Assembly: GCA_030680155.1 (NCBI GenBank)
Contig: JAUXWL010000153.1
Span: 1-32,000 of the forward strand
Source: Anaerolineales bacterium
GTDB taxonomy: Bacteria; Chloroflexota; Anaerolineae; Anaerolineales; Villigracilaceae
Direction of reading: 5' to 3'
DNA length: 32,000 bases
Shown: piece after piece, positions 5,935 to 14,419 of the stretch
How positions within the stretch are numbered: the first letter of the stretch is position 1
How the letters are laid out: each line of letters begins with the position of its first letter
Translations under genes and position numbers: made by a program
The notes under the pieces: generated by a model
The model's input: only the letters and a program-made list of their open reading frames with translations
Database searches by the model: none
What the model was told of the DNA's origin: nothing

Positions 5935-8277
5935 CTACTCATACAAAAACTTCTGCAATTCATCCACAGCCTGTAACATCTTCTCCGCCCCGCCGAACAA
6001 CTGATAAATCTCATACGTCGAGCCATAGCGGTCAAACGGTGAAACCTGTAACACACGCGGCAACTGGTCAAACTCCCCAACTCCATAATCCGCATACTTC
6101 TCCAGCAAGGTCTCCAAAATATCCCTTGCCGCAGGCGTAAACGTATTGAAGAAATTGGCTTTCTTCTGGCGCAGTTTCTCAGCGCGCTCGCGGCGCGTCA
6201 CCAGCGGGGCGTTATATGCCACATGCAAAATCAAATCCAACGCATCGGCATCTTCCTGATGAGTGACACGTGCAAGATGGTCTGGGTCAATGCCACGCGA
6301 GCGTAACTGGTTCAATATCTCAATCCGCTGTTCGGCTTTTGACCAACTTTGCTTCAAATGCTCAGCCGTCAAATTCAAACGGCGAATGTTTTGGGTGACA
6401 TAATCCGTAAACTCTACGGTTTTGAGAATATGTCCATCAGGGTCGAGTTCGAACGCCTGCTCGCCTGCAATGTACACCTGCACATTGTCAAGATAATATT
6501 TGCGCGGCAATTCGCCCAAACGTAATTGAATATCTCGAATTGCCTGTTCATCCGTTGTCTCAATTTCGGGCTCCAGCGTCCCTTCTTCGCTGTCTTCCAC
6601 CTTCGTCTCGTTCCCATCCTTATCAATGACGGATTTCGTCACACGTACAGGGTCGCCGTCGAATGCGGAATCATAGAACAATTGCGTTGCGCCTACATAA
6701 TCAATGATCGTGAACCAGAACTTGTTATGCTCCTCCGAAACCCGCGTCCCGCGCCCGATGATCTGCTTGAAATCAACGATTGAATTAATCGGCTTGAACA
6801 GAACGATATTGCGGCAGGTTGGCGCATCCACACCTGTGGTCAGCATCTGGGAAGTGGTGAGAATAACAGGCGTTTCTTTCTCAGGATCTTGGAAATTATC
6901 CAAGTGTCCGCGTCCAACAGCTTGTTCATCACTGACAACTCGTGCCACATAATGCACGTGAATTTTCGATAAATCGGCATTCAGGTTATTTAATGCCTTG
7001 CGCATGTCTAAAGCGTGTTCCTGATCTACACAGAAGACAATCGTCTTATCAAAGCGGTTGGTGCGTTTCAGATATTCCGTCAGATGCTTTGCAACTACTT
7101 CTGTGCGTGAAAGCAAAGACACCAGCCGCTCGAAGTCTTTTGTCCCATACAGATCAGGCGGAATCTCACGCCCGAAACGGTCAAGCACACCAGGATCAAT
7201 TTGCAAGCCGCTCGCATCAACATCAGGAATCACGCGGTATACGCGATATGGTGCAAGAAAACCATCTTCAATGCCCTGCCGCAGGCTGTAGGTGTAGATC
7301 GGCTCGCCAAAGTAGTTATATGTATCTACATTGTCATCCCGCTTGGGAGTCGCTGTCATGCCGATTTGGGCAGCAGAGTTGAAGTAATCCAAAATCTTGC
7401 GCCAACTGCCCGCTTCATTTGCTGAGCCGCGATGGCATTCGTCCACGATGACCAGATCAAAGAAGTCACGCGGATATTTTTCATACAGATTTTCACCTGT
7501 GACTGGGTTCGCCAACGATTGATACAGAGCAAAATACACTTCACGGCTTTTAACTGCCTTGCCCTGAATTTTGTGCAACGCCTGCCCCATTGGGGAGAAG
7601 GTGCGATCTTTTGCCTGATCAATCAGCACATTGCGGTCAGCCAGATACAAAATGCGATTCTTGCGTTTGGATTTCCACAATCGCCATGCAATTTGAAATG
7701 CAACAAAGGTCTTGCCCGTTCCTGTTGCCATCGTGAGCAGGATGCGGTTTTGTCCTTCCAATACGGCATTTACCGTTTTGTTGATCGCCACTTGCTGGTA
7801 ATAGCGTGGCGACTTCCCGCCCACTTCTTCCCAATATTGAGACAATGAATCAGTTTCATCTTTTTTATCTTCAAACTTGAACGTACCTTTCAATCTCCCC
7901 CACAATTCATCAGGGGAAGGAAATGCATCGAGGTCTCTTTCGATGCCCGTGATGAAATCATGTTCAATGATCCCCTTGCCGTTGCTGGCATAAGCGAATT
8001 TCAACCCCATCATTTCCGCGTATTGAATTGCCTGTTGAAGACCTTTTGCAGGATGGGCATATTCCGCTTTCGCCTCCACCACCGCAATTGGGATGTTCTG
8101 CCGAATGAATAACGTGTAATCAGGGCGCAAGCCTTCCTTGCGGGTGTGCCTGTCGCCAATGGGCACGATTCGTCCGGGCGTCAAGACCATCTGTTCAGTG
8201 ATGTGATCATCTTCCCAACCAGCGGCATGTAATTTCGGGACTATGTACGTTCTGCAAGTATCGGCTTCTGTTGGCAT
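5935..8277 (-). CDS. hsdR: Type I restriction enzyme R subunit HsdR (EcoEI-like C-terminus)
   Basis: N-terminal nuclease region includes IAVVEAKA. Helicase motifs are PRYYQQVAI, MATGTGKT, VIVDECHRG and GMTATPKR. The C-terminus is EcoEI_R_C-like. The ORF track starts at a TTG at 8298; I prefer the ATG at 8277 (MPTEADTCR...) with GGGAG 4 nt upstream. Confidence 0.9.
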   Translation of the reverse strand: MPTEADTCRTYIVPKLHAAGWEDDHITEQMVLTPGRIVPIGDRHTRKEGLRPDYTLFIRQNIPIAVVEAKAEYAHPAKGLQQAIQYAEMMGLKFAYASNGKGIIEHDFITGIERDLDAFPSPDELWGRLKGTFKFEDKKDETDSLSQYWEEVGGKSPRYYQQVAINKTVNAVLEGQNRILLTMATGTGKTFVAFQIAWRLWKSKRKNRILYLADRNVLIDQAKDRTFSPMGQALHKIQGKAVKSREVYFALYQSLANPVTGENLYEKYPRDFFDLVIVDECHRGSANEAGSWRKILDYFNSAAQIGMTATPKRDDNVDTYNYFGEPIYTYSLRQGIEDGFLAPYRVYRVIPDVDASGLQIDPGVLDRFGREIPPDLYGTKDFERLVSLLSRTEVVAKHLTEYLKRTNRFDKTIVFCVDQEHALDMRKALNNLNADLSKIHVHYVARVVSDEQAVGRGHLDNFQDPEKETPVILTTSQMLTTGVDAPTCRNIVLFKPINSIVDFKQIIGRGTRVSEEHNKFWFTIIDYVGATQLFYDSAFDGDPVRVTKSVIDKDGNETKVEDSEEGTLEPEIETTDEQAIRDIQLRLGELPRKYYLDNVQVYIAGEQAFELDPDGHILKTVEFTDYVTQNIRRLNLTAEHLKQSWSKAEQRIEILNQLRSRGIDPDHLARVTHQEDADALDLILHVAYNAPLVTRRERAEKLRQKKANFFNTFTPAARDILETLLEKYADYGVGEFDQLPRVLQVSPFDRYGSTYEIYQLFGGAEKMLQAVDELQKFLYE

Positions 8278-8372
8278 GGGTCTCCCAATTCCCCTCAATT
8301 TTACCCGAACATTTCCCGCCTCCCCGTCAGGGCTCTGTAAGGGCTTGTTCAGCCCCCGCCTGTTCGTTCCCT

Positions 8373-8401
8373 TGTATAATCGGCGGGGTTACTATTTGCA
8401 A
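8373..8401 (-). promoter_or_regulatory. Candidate sigma70-type promoter for the hsdR operon
   Basis: The minus strand reads TTGCAA-N17-TATACA (-35 at 8396-8401, -10 at 8373-8378). It overlaps a plus-strand TATAAT at 8375-8380 that could serve the divergent pcs-like gene. Confidence 0.3.
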
Positions 8402-8427
8402 TACTTCAAACCGATAGAGGACTTTCG

Positions 8428-9141
8428 ATGACCGACCAAAAACCGAACTTTTTGCGTGTGACCGCCGCCTGGGGCGTGCATCTTTTCACTGCCACGGGCG
8501 CGATCTGGGGCTTGCTGGCGATCCTCGCCATTTTCGAAGAAGACTACCGCATGATGATCGTGTGGATGATCGTCGCCATGCTGGTGGACGGCTTCGACGG
8601 CATGTTGGCGCGCTGGGCGGACGTGAAAAAATACGCGAGCGGTCTCGACGGCGCACTGCTCGACAACATTCTGGATTATCTCAACTACGTGCTGGTGCCC
8701 GTCATCTTCATCGTCAAAACCGACTATCTACCTGCGCCTGTCAAATTCTTCACCGCATGTCTGATCTTGCTCACTTCGGCGTATCAATTCACGCAGACCG
8801 ATGCCAAGACCGACGACCACCACTTCAAGGGCTTCCCGTCCTATTGGAATGTCGCCGCCTTGTACATGCTGTTGATGAACCTGCCGCCGTGGGTCAACTT
8901 TGGCTTTCTGATGTTGTTCAACATCATGGTCTTCATCCCCGTCAAATACATTTACCCGAGCCGTAATAATACCCTGCGCGGATTAACTCTCGTGCTTACT
9001 TATCTTTATGGAGCCATCGGTGTGTGGGGCTTGCTGCAATATCCCAATCATCCCCAATGGTTTCTTTGGGCTTCGCTCGCTTATGTGATTTATTATCTTG
9101 CGCTCAGTTTGATACCCAAACATAACGCCCATGCGCATTGA
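8428..9141 (+). CDS. pcs: Phosphatidylcholine synthase-like CDP-alcohol phosphatidyltransferase
   Basis: The CDP-alcohol motif is DGFDGMLARWADVKKYASGLDGALLDNILD. There is overall colinear similarity to rhizobial Pcs as I recall it: VHLFTATG, KTDDHHFKGFPSYWN and FIPVKYIYPSR. An AGAGGA RBS precedes the start. Confidence 0.75.
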   Translation: MTDQKPNFLRVTAAWGVHLFTATGAIWGLLAILAIFEEDYRMMIVWMIVAMLVDGFDGMLARWADVKKYASGLDGALLDNILDYLNYVLVPVIFIVKTDYLPAPVKFFTACLILLTSAYQFTQTDAKTDDHHFKGFPSYWNVAALYMLLMNLPPWVNFGFLMLFNIMVFIPVKYIYPSRNNTLRGLTLVLTYLYGAIGVWGLLQYPNHPQWFLWASLAYVIYYLALSLIPKHNAHAH

Positions 9142-9559
9142 TCTCGTCACCCAGGCGGATGTTGAACTCTATCAGGCGTTCCAGCGCCTTGTCCCACAGT
9201 TGACGAATAACAACCCGCCTCCTTCCCTCGACGAGTTGACTGCTCTCGTCCATGAGGCATCGTCCACGCTGATGATTGCTCGTGATGATTCTGGCGTCAT
9301 CGTCGGCGCATTGACCCTGGCGGTCTACCGTGTGCCGACCGGCATCCGCTCGATCATCGAAGATGTGGTCGTGGACATCTCCGTCCGCGGGCAGGGCGTC
9401 GGTGAAGAATTGATGCTCCGTGCGATTGAGATCGCCCGTGAAAAAGGCGCGGCGAATATCTCACTGACATCCAACCCCATGCGGGTGGCGGCGAATAAAT
9501 TGTATTTGCGGGTGGGGTTTCAAAAACGGGACACAAACGCCTATCAATTAAAACTATAA
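9131..9559 (+). CDS. GNAT family N-acetyltransferase
   Basis: The acetyl-CoA binding motif is VVVDISVRGQGVGEELM, with YLRVGFQ at the C-terminus. It overlaps the upstream gene by 11 nt. Confidence 0.8.
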   Translation: MRIDLVTQADVELYQAFQRLVPQLTNNNPPPSLDELTALVHEASSTLMIARDDSGVIVGALTLAVYRVPTGIRSIIEDVVVDISVRGQGVGEELMLRAIEIAREKGAANISLTSNPMRVAANKLYLRVGFQKRDTNAYQLKL

Positions 9560-9664
9560 AAAAGAGAGCCGGCAAACGCTGGGGTGACACCACAAAGGGA
9601 CACAAAGGACCTTTTCATTATTTAACCTTCGTGTCCGTTGAGTTTAAATCTTTTTGCAGTAGAG

Positions 9665-10339
9665 TCAGATATTAACCAGGAATGTTTCGCTGGCTTTGCT
9701 CAAATCGGAATATTCGCCCCGATACTCTTCTGGGAGGATTTTTGCAATGCGGTACATCATCTCGTCCACGATCTGTTGGCGGATCTCGGCAGTGACTTTC
9801 ACACCCTCCACATTGATCTTGAACGGCTCGCCAACCCGCAGATGAAAATCGGTGCGCTTGAAGGATTTCAGGTTCTTGAGGAAAACTTCACCTCCCCAAT
9901 GAACCACGGGGACGATGGGCGCGCCTGAACGTAGCGCAAGCATAACCGTCCCTGGCAGGGCGCGGCGCAGCCGCCCTGTTTTATTGCGCGTACCTTCGGG
10001 GGCGATGCCAAAAATGCTGCCCTGCTCGATGGCTCTCAACGCGCGTTTGAGGGAGCTGATATCCGCTTCACCACGATGGACGGGGATGATGTCCCATGCC
10101 CAGAAGACCCAGTGCAGCAGTAAATTATCGAAGGCCTCCGCTTTTGCCCAGCCTGTGATCTTGCGCGGTTGCAGCAGCGTGGCAAGGACGGGTACTTCGA
10201 TCTGTCCGGTGTGATTGGCGATGACGATCAACGGTCCCTGCGCGGGGATTTTATCTACGTCAGGTGCGTCCAGCCGCAGGGTGAGGCGGAAATAAAAGCG
10301 AAGGATGAAGGTGATTAACCAGAGGGAGAAAGTTTTCAT
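9665..10339 (-). CDS. plsC: 1-acyl-sn-glycerol-3-phosphate (lysophospholipid) acyltransferase
   Basis: The NHxxxxE/D-type block is ANHTGQIEVP and the PEGTR block is IAPEGTRNKTG. There is an N-terminal hydrophobic anchor. Confidence 0.8.
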   Translation of the reverse strand: MKTFSLWLITFILRFYFRLTLRLDAPDVDKIPAQGPLIVIANHTGQIEVPVLATLLQPRKITGWAKAEAFDNLLLHWVFWAWDIIPVHRGEADISSLKRALRAIEQGSIFGIAPEGTRNKTGRLRRALPGTVMLALRSGAPIVPVVHWGGEVFLKNLKSFKRTDFHLRVGEPFKINVEGVKVTAEIRQQIVDEMMYRIAKILPEEYRGEYSDLSKASETFLVNI

Positions 10340-10377
10340 GAAGACTTGGTTTGATATATAAAAAGATAAAAATGCAC

Positions 10378-10584
10378 TTAGAGACTGTTTCTTAACTCGT
10401 AGGCAAAGACCCTAAAGGTTTCCCTCGCTGGCCAAATTATCTTGTCGAACAGCGTATTTTGCCAGCAAAGTACCCAATCTGACAGAAAAACCTTTAGGGT
10501 CTGGGAGTTCACCCCAAATTATTGAGATGATACCTGTTTTGCGGCAAAAACCTTTAGGGTCTGACTTAAGAAACGCTCTCTTAG
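10378..10584. repeat. Compound inverted-repeat element in the dagK-plsC spacer
   Basis: GACCCTAAAGGTTT at 10408-10421 has inverted copies AAACCTTTAGGGTC at 10488-10501 and 10548-10561. The outer inverted pair is CTTAGAGACTGTTTCTTAA (10378-10396) and TTAAGAAACGCTCTCTTAG (10566-10584). Confidence 0.5.
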
Positions 10585-11519
10585 GCGTGGATGATTTCCA
10601 ATTCTTGTGGGAGCAGTTCAAGGGTCAGGTGAGAGCCGTCGAGGCAGATAAACTCGCCGTCGGCATGTGCGGGAAAGGTCACATCCAGGGATTTGATCGA
10701 AACCGTTCTGGCGCGTTTCATTTGAATCTCGGGCAATCCCGCCTGTGTCCCTTTGATGAAATGGGGGATCATTTGCAGGATGCGCCCCTTGGAAGCGGTT
10801 TCGGCGATGCAGAGGTCGAACAATCCATCATCCGCCTGGGAGTCGGGAGCCATTTGAAAGCCGCCGCCCATGCGCCTGCCGTTCATCACAGAGATCATCA
10901 GCGAGCGTTGCTTGATCGTCTCGCTGCCATCCAAAACGATCTCCACCTGCGCGGGATTGTAATAGAGGAAGACGGTTTTGATGACGCCGATCAGATAGGC
11001 CGGCAAACCGCGCGCCCAGCGGACTTTGACGGCTTCGTGACCCACCGCGGCATCGAACCCGACGCCAATGCCATTGCCAAAGTATCGTCCTTCGGGATAG
11101 TCGCCGCCCTTCACCAGTCCGATGTCAATTTTCCTGCGCTTGTTTTCCTTCAAGGCTTTCAAGCCGTCGGTCAAATTAGTGGGGATGCCCGTGCCGCCCG
11201 CAAAATCGTTGCCTGTGCCGATACCCAACACCGCGAATGCCGCGCTGTTGAAGCCCGCCATTTTTGCGCGCATGATGCCGTTGATGGCTTCGTTCACCGT
11301 GCCGTCTCCGCTGGCGCACACGATCACATCATACCCATCGCGCGCCGCGCCTTCCGCCAGTTCGGCGGCGTGCCAGATGCGTTCGGTCTGCACAAGTATA
11401 AAATCCAACCCGCTTTCTCTTAGGTTGGATTCAATTTGGGGGATGGATTTTGCGCCAAGTCCGCGCCCCGAGGTTGGGTTTACGATCACATAGTATTTCA
11501 TGCCAGCTCCCAGTTTCAA
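10581..11519 (-). CDS. Diacylglycerol kinase-family lipid kinase (YegS/BmrU-like)
   Basis: Contains NPTSGRG, CASGDGTVNEAINGI and the GTGNDFA motif of the DAGK catalytic domain. Confidence 0.85.
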   Translation of the reverse strand: MKLGAGMKYYVIVNPTSGRGLGAKSIPQIESNLRESGLDFILVQTERIWHAAELAEGAARDGYDVIVCASGDGTVNEAINGIMRAKMAGFNSAAFAVLGIGTGNDFAGGTGIPTNLTDGLKALKENKRRKIDIGLVKGGDYPEGRYFGNGIGVGFDAAVGHEAVKVRWARGLPAYLIGVIKTVFLYYNPAQVEIVLDGSETIKQRSLMISVMNGRRMGGGFQMAPDSQADDGLFDLCIAETASKGRILQMIPHFIKGTQAGLPEIQMKRARTVSIKSLDVTFPAHADGEFICLDGSHLTLELLPQELEIIHA

Positions 11520-11534
11520 AGTGGGGCGAGTGTA

Positions 11535-12119
11535 TCACAGGGGCGGTTTATATTTCAAGTAATCTTCCGGGGTATCCACGTCTTGCAGGATGGAGGGGGT
11601 GTCGCGGTTCAAATAGTGGATTTTATCCTTGTGCCTGTTCAAGAAATCACGCATGGTTTCAGGTTCATGCATGAGCAGGATCTCATCCCAAAGCGCCCGC
11701 GCCACCAGCCACGGATGTCCTCTGTGCATTTGATAACTCGGCACAACAAGCCTGGATTTTGTTTTCAGGAACGCGTCGCAGACACTCCGCACGCTGCCTC
11801 TCTCGATTTGGGGCTGGTCGCCGAGACAAATGAGCGCGGCGCTCGCCTCTCGCATTTTCGCCGCCAACCCTAATTGGATGGAATGCAGCATTTCGCTCTT
11901 TTTGTAATCTTCATTGTAGACTGTCTGGACGGTTTGCCCGATTAGCCGTTCCACCTGCTCCCGCGCTCCGCCCGTGACAACGAGAATATCCTTGATGCCC
12001 GCTGTTTGGAGTGTGGAAATAACGGTTTGCAATACCGTGCTTCTGCCCCAAGGCATCAGCATTTTCGGTTCGCCCATTCGCTTGGATTCGCCTGCGGCGA
12101 GAACAATGGCTGTGATCAT
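11535..12119 (-). CDS. mocA: MobA/MocA-like molybdenum cofactor nucleotidyltransferase
   Basis: N-terminal AIVLAAGESKRMGEPKMLMPWG and internal LGDQP motifs are typical of MocA/MobA-like NTP transferases. Confidence 0.7.
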   Translation of the reverse strand: MITAIVLAAGESKRMGEPKMLMPWGRSTVLQTVISTLQTAGIKDILVVTGGAREQVERLIGQTVQTVYNEDYKKSEMLHSIQLGLAAKMREASAALICLGDQPQIERGSVRSVCDAFLKTKSRLVVPSYQMHRGHPWLVARALWDEILLMHEPETMRDFLNRHKDKIHYLNRDTPSILQDVDTPEDYLKYKPPL

Positions 12120-12128
12120 GGTGTATTC

Positions 12129-13538
12129 CTAATTTTTTTCAATATTGATCAATCTTTGATAATCTTCAGGCCTGTCAACGTCCATTAATAAGATGTCGTC
12201 GTGCCAAGGGATATATTCTACTTTGTATTTTGAGAAGATGGCGCGTCCGCCGATATCACCTGTCAGTTGCAGGAGGTCCGGGAAGGCAGCCTTATCGAAC
12301 AGCACAGGGTTGGCGCGGCGTTCTTCGAGTACGAGCGGCGCGAGGATGGGGGGCAGGCTGCGAGTGTGTGCATCAGCCAGGGCGCGGATAACTTCTGCAG
12401 GGATTTGTGGCTGGTCTGCGAGAAGAAAGACTGCCGCCCCCGCCCGGCCTCCCCCGGAAGTTGAGGAGGAGTTGAGGAATTGGATCCCCGCCTTGATTGA
12501 AGTACTCTGCCCTTGCTTGTACTCCGCGTTGTGGACGATGGTGACGGGCAGGCCTTGCAGGGCAGATTCAACGTCAGCGTGGTGAGAGCCGGTAACGACC
12601 ACAACAGGCTCAAGTCCAGATTGAAGCGCGGTTTCGGCGACCTGTCTCACGAAGGGCTTGCCTTTCCAATCCAGCAATTGTTTGGGTGACCCGTACCGGG
12701 TCGCTTCTCCTGCGGCGAGGATGATGCCTGCGACACGCTCAAAGGTCTTGAAGTTTTCAGGTTTTCGGAGGGAGCCGAGCAGGACTGCATCAAAATGGTG
12801 CAGCAGGGATTTTGCCATGCCGCCGCCGATGGCTTGTAGTTCGGGCGTGTCGGCTCCGTTGAGCAGGGCCATGCGCTTTGCCTGTGGCGGGATGTTCTTC
12901 TGCCCGCCCTGTGGATGAGACAGGGTGGTGACGATGGCTTGCGGCGTGATTGGCGCGCCGAGCGGAAGACCGCTGAGTTGCGCGTAGCTCTCGGCACGGT
13001 GGACATGGTCTTCATGCAAGGGTTTGCCGAGTGCGCTTAAACCAGTGATGTGAAGGACGGTGTTGGTGAAATGGGGGATTGGCGGTTCGTGTGCAGCGGG
13101 AGCCTTTAGCGGCTTTTGACGGGAACCGTCCGCTTCAATGAGCAGCGGGAGGTTTCGCGTTTTTGTGTTTTCGTGTAGCCAATCAAGGACGCTTTCGCTG
13201 ACGGGTTTTGTCCTGTCTCCTTCGATCTCGCCTGTGACCAGCGTAATGCCTTCCGGTGGGATGCTGTGCAGGTCGCTTATGTCTCTGGCGATGATGTGAT
13301 GGTCTGCCAGCGGAATCTGCCAGATGCCAAGGTGGGTGGTGGCTGTGACAAACAGCGACTGGCCTTTAGCGGTTGGCAGTTCCCGCGCGAGTTGGAAGAG
13401 GGCCGTGGTTTTGCCTCCCGCTCCGACGAGGCTGATAACGGGTTGGGTTTCAGTCGGCTGGTCAAGCCGCAGGGCGCGCAGAAGATTCATGGGAGGGATT
13501 GTAATGCAGATGGAGATGACCTCAGAGGTCTGGGTCAA
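12129..13538 (-). CDS. Fusion of a YqeC-family selenium-dependent hydroxylase accessory domain with a MocA-like nucleotidyltransferase domain
   Basis: The N-terminal half has the P-loop-like [20 protein letters not shown] and FVTATTHL (YqeC family). The C-terminal half has [23 protein letters not shown] and LADQP (MocA-like). An alternative start is M17 at 13490. Confidence 0.7.
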   Translation of the reverse strand: MTQTSEVISICITIPPMNLLRALRLDQPTETQPVISLVGAGGKTTALFQLARELPTAKGQSLFVTATTHLGIWQIPLADHHIIARDISDLHSIPPEGITLVTGEIEGDRTKPVSESVLDWLHENTKTRNLPLLIEADGSRQKPLKAPAAHEPPIPHFTNTVLHITGLSALGKPLHEDHVHRAESYAQLSGLPLGAPITPQAIVTTLSHPQGGQKNIPPQAKRMALLNGADTPELQAIGGGMAKSLLHHFDAVLLGSLRKPENFKTFERVAGIILAAGEATRYGSPKQLLDWKGKPFVRQVAETALQSGLEPVVVVTGSHHADVESALQGLPVTIVHNAEYKQGQSTSIKAGIQFLNSSSTSGGGRAGAAVFLLADQPQIPAEVIRALADAHTRSLPPILAPLVLEERRANPVLFDKAAFPDLLQLTGDIGGRAIFSKYKVEYIPWHDDILLMDVDRPEDYQRLINIEKN

Positions 13539-13753
13539 GAAATTAACGTCAAATACAAATCTTCCACCTTCTTCCTCGCCCAGGGAGTCTTCCGCAAAAA
13601 TTTCAGGCTGGATTTGATGCTCGGGTTATCCGTAAAGCATTTGATGGGGATGCGCGCGCTTAATTCCTCCCAGCCGTATTCTTCCACAAGGCGGGCGAGG
13701 AGCATTTCAAGTGTGATGCCGTGCAAGGGGTCGTTGGATTGGGTGGGAGGCAT
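13535..13753 (-). CDS. DUF2132 (VF530-like) small protein
   Basis: The sequence is [58 protein letters not shown] start it at MPPTQ (13753), because the longer track ORF runs into a repeat element. Confidence 0.65.
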   Translation of the reverse strand: MPPTQSNDPLHGITLEMLLARLVEEYGWEELSARIPIKCFTDNPSIKSSLKFLRKTPWARKKVEDLYLTLIS

Positions 13754-13785
13754 GGGGTAGAGGGCGGTCTGGGTAGATTGTAACG

Positions 13786-13980
13786 CAGCAATTCCAAATC
13801 TAAAATTGTGTAGAAGGCAAAGATGCCAAACCTTAACGCAAAGACGCAAGGCCGCAAGGCATTTTTAGGATTGCCCCTGCGCCAGATGGTACTCTTGCCG
13901 ATTCCGTCGAGGAAAGGTCAAAATCTTAGCGTCTTGGCGGCTTTGCGTTGAGATTGTTAGATTCAGATTTGGAATTGCTG
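13786..13980. mobile_element. MITE-like non-autonomous element, 195 bp, with 16-bp perfect terminal inverted repeats and a 9-bp flanking direct repeat
   Basis: CAGCAATTCCAAATCT (13786-13801) is the exact reverse complement of AGATTTGGAATTGCTG (13965-13980). ATTGTAACG flanks both ends (13777-13785 and 13981-13989). The interior is also self-complementary and has no ORF. Confidence 0.55.
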
Positions 13981-14090
13981 ATTGTAACGCAGGTCCCTTG
14001 TAAAAATCGATTGGGTGTGTTTTATTTCAGTTGAAATGCACCCAAATCCATTTCGCCGTGAAATCGTATCATCTCAAAAAGAAGTGGGAA

Positions 14091-14166
14091 CGTCCCGAAG
14101 GTTGAGCGGCTCAACCATGTTTTTCAAGGAAACCCTTCGACAGGCTCAGGACAAGCCTTCGGGACG
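14091..14166. repeat. Compound hairpin repeat carrying the CCTTCGACAGGCTCAGGA motif
   Basis: The outer stem is CGTCCCGAAGG (14091-14101) with CCTTCGGGACG (14156-14166). The inner hairpin GGTTGAGC/GCTCAACC sits at 14100-14117. The motif at 14134-14151 recurs at 24834-24850 and 24856-24874, and the outer stem sequence recurs at 24973-25002. Confidence 0.6.
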
Positions 14167-14234
14167 GTGTATTGCCGTCCCCAGGTTATTGAGAAGATAA
14201 GGAAATTCAGTAAACCACGAATTTGCTCCGGAGT

Positions 14235-14284
14235 GCGGACTTCAGTCCGCTTTGTCTCTGCAAAAATGCAGACTAAAGTCTGCA
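14235..14284. repeat. Two tandem short hairpins (GCGGACTTCAGTCCGC and TGCAGACTAAAGTCTGCA)
   Basis: Both are read directly at 14235-14250 and 14267-14284. They are related palindromes upstream of the response-regulator gene. Confidence 0.5.
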
Positions 14285-14419
14285 TTCCGCTTAATCTGTG
14301 ATTTACTGAAATTGCATAAAATTGGACACTTTTGCAACGAATTCGCCCTCTGGGAATCGAATGAAGGACGTATAATATGCATGGGTTTTATTTTTTATAG
14401 TCAACCGAAGGGTAAAGGC

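Noticed and set aside
10527-11423. 298-aa plus-strand ORF opposite the DagK-like gene
   Set aside because: It is an antisense shadow ORF in GC-rich coding DNA with a low-complexity Ala/Gly/Arg-rich translation. The minus-strand frame carries clear DAGK motifs.
13754-13849. N-terminal extension of the DUF2132 ORF
   Set aside because: It runs into the MITE-like element. The conserved family sequence begins near MPPTQ.
10400-14300. CRISPR array suggested by recurring short palindromic motifs
   Set aside because: The repeats are inverted or hairpin-type, irregularly spaced and few in number. There are no regularly spaced direct repeats with unique spacers and no cas genes.
14252-14419. N-terminal 56-codon extension of the response-regulator ORF
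   Set aside because: It covers the tandem hairpin repeats. The receiver domain begins right after the Met at 14420, which has an RBS.
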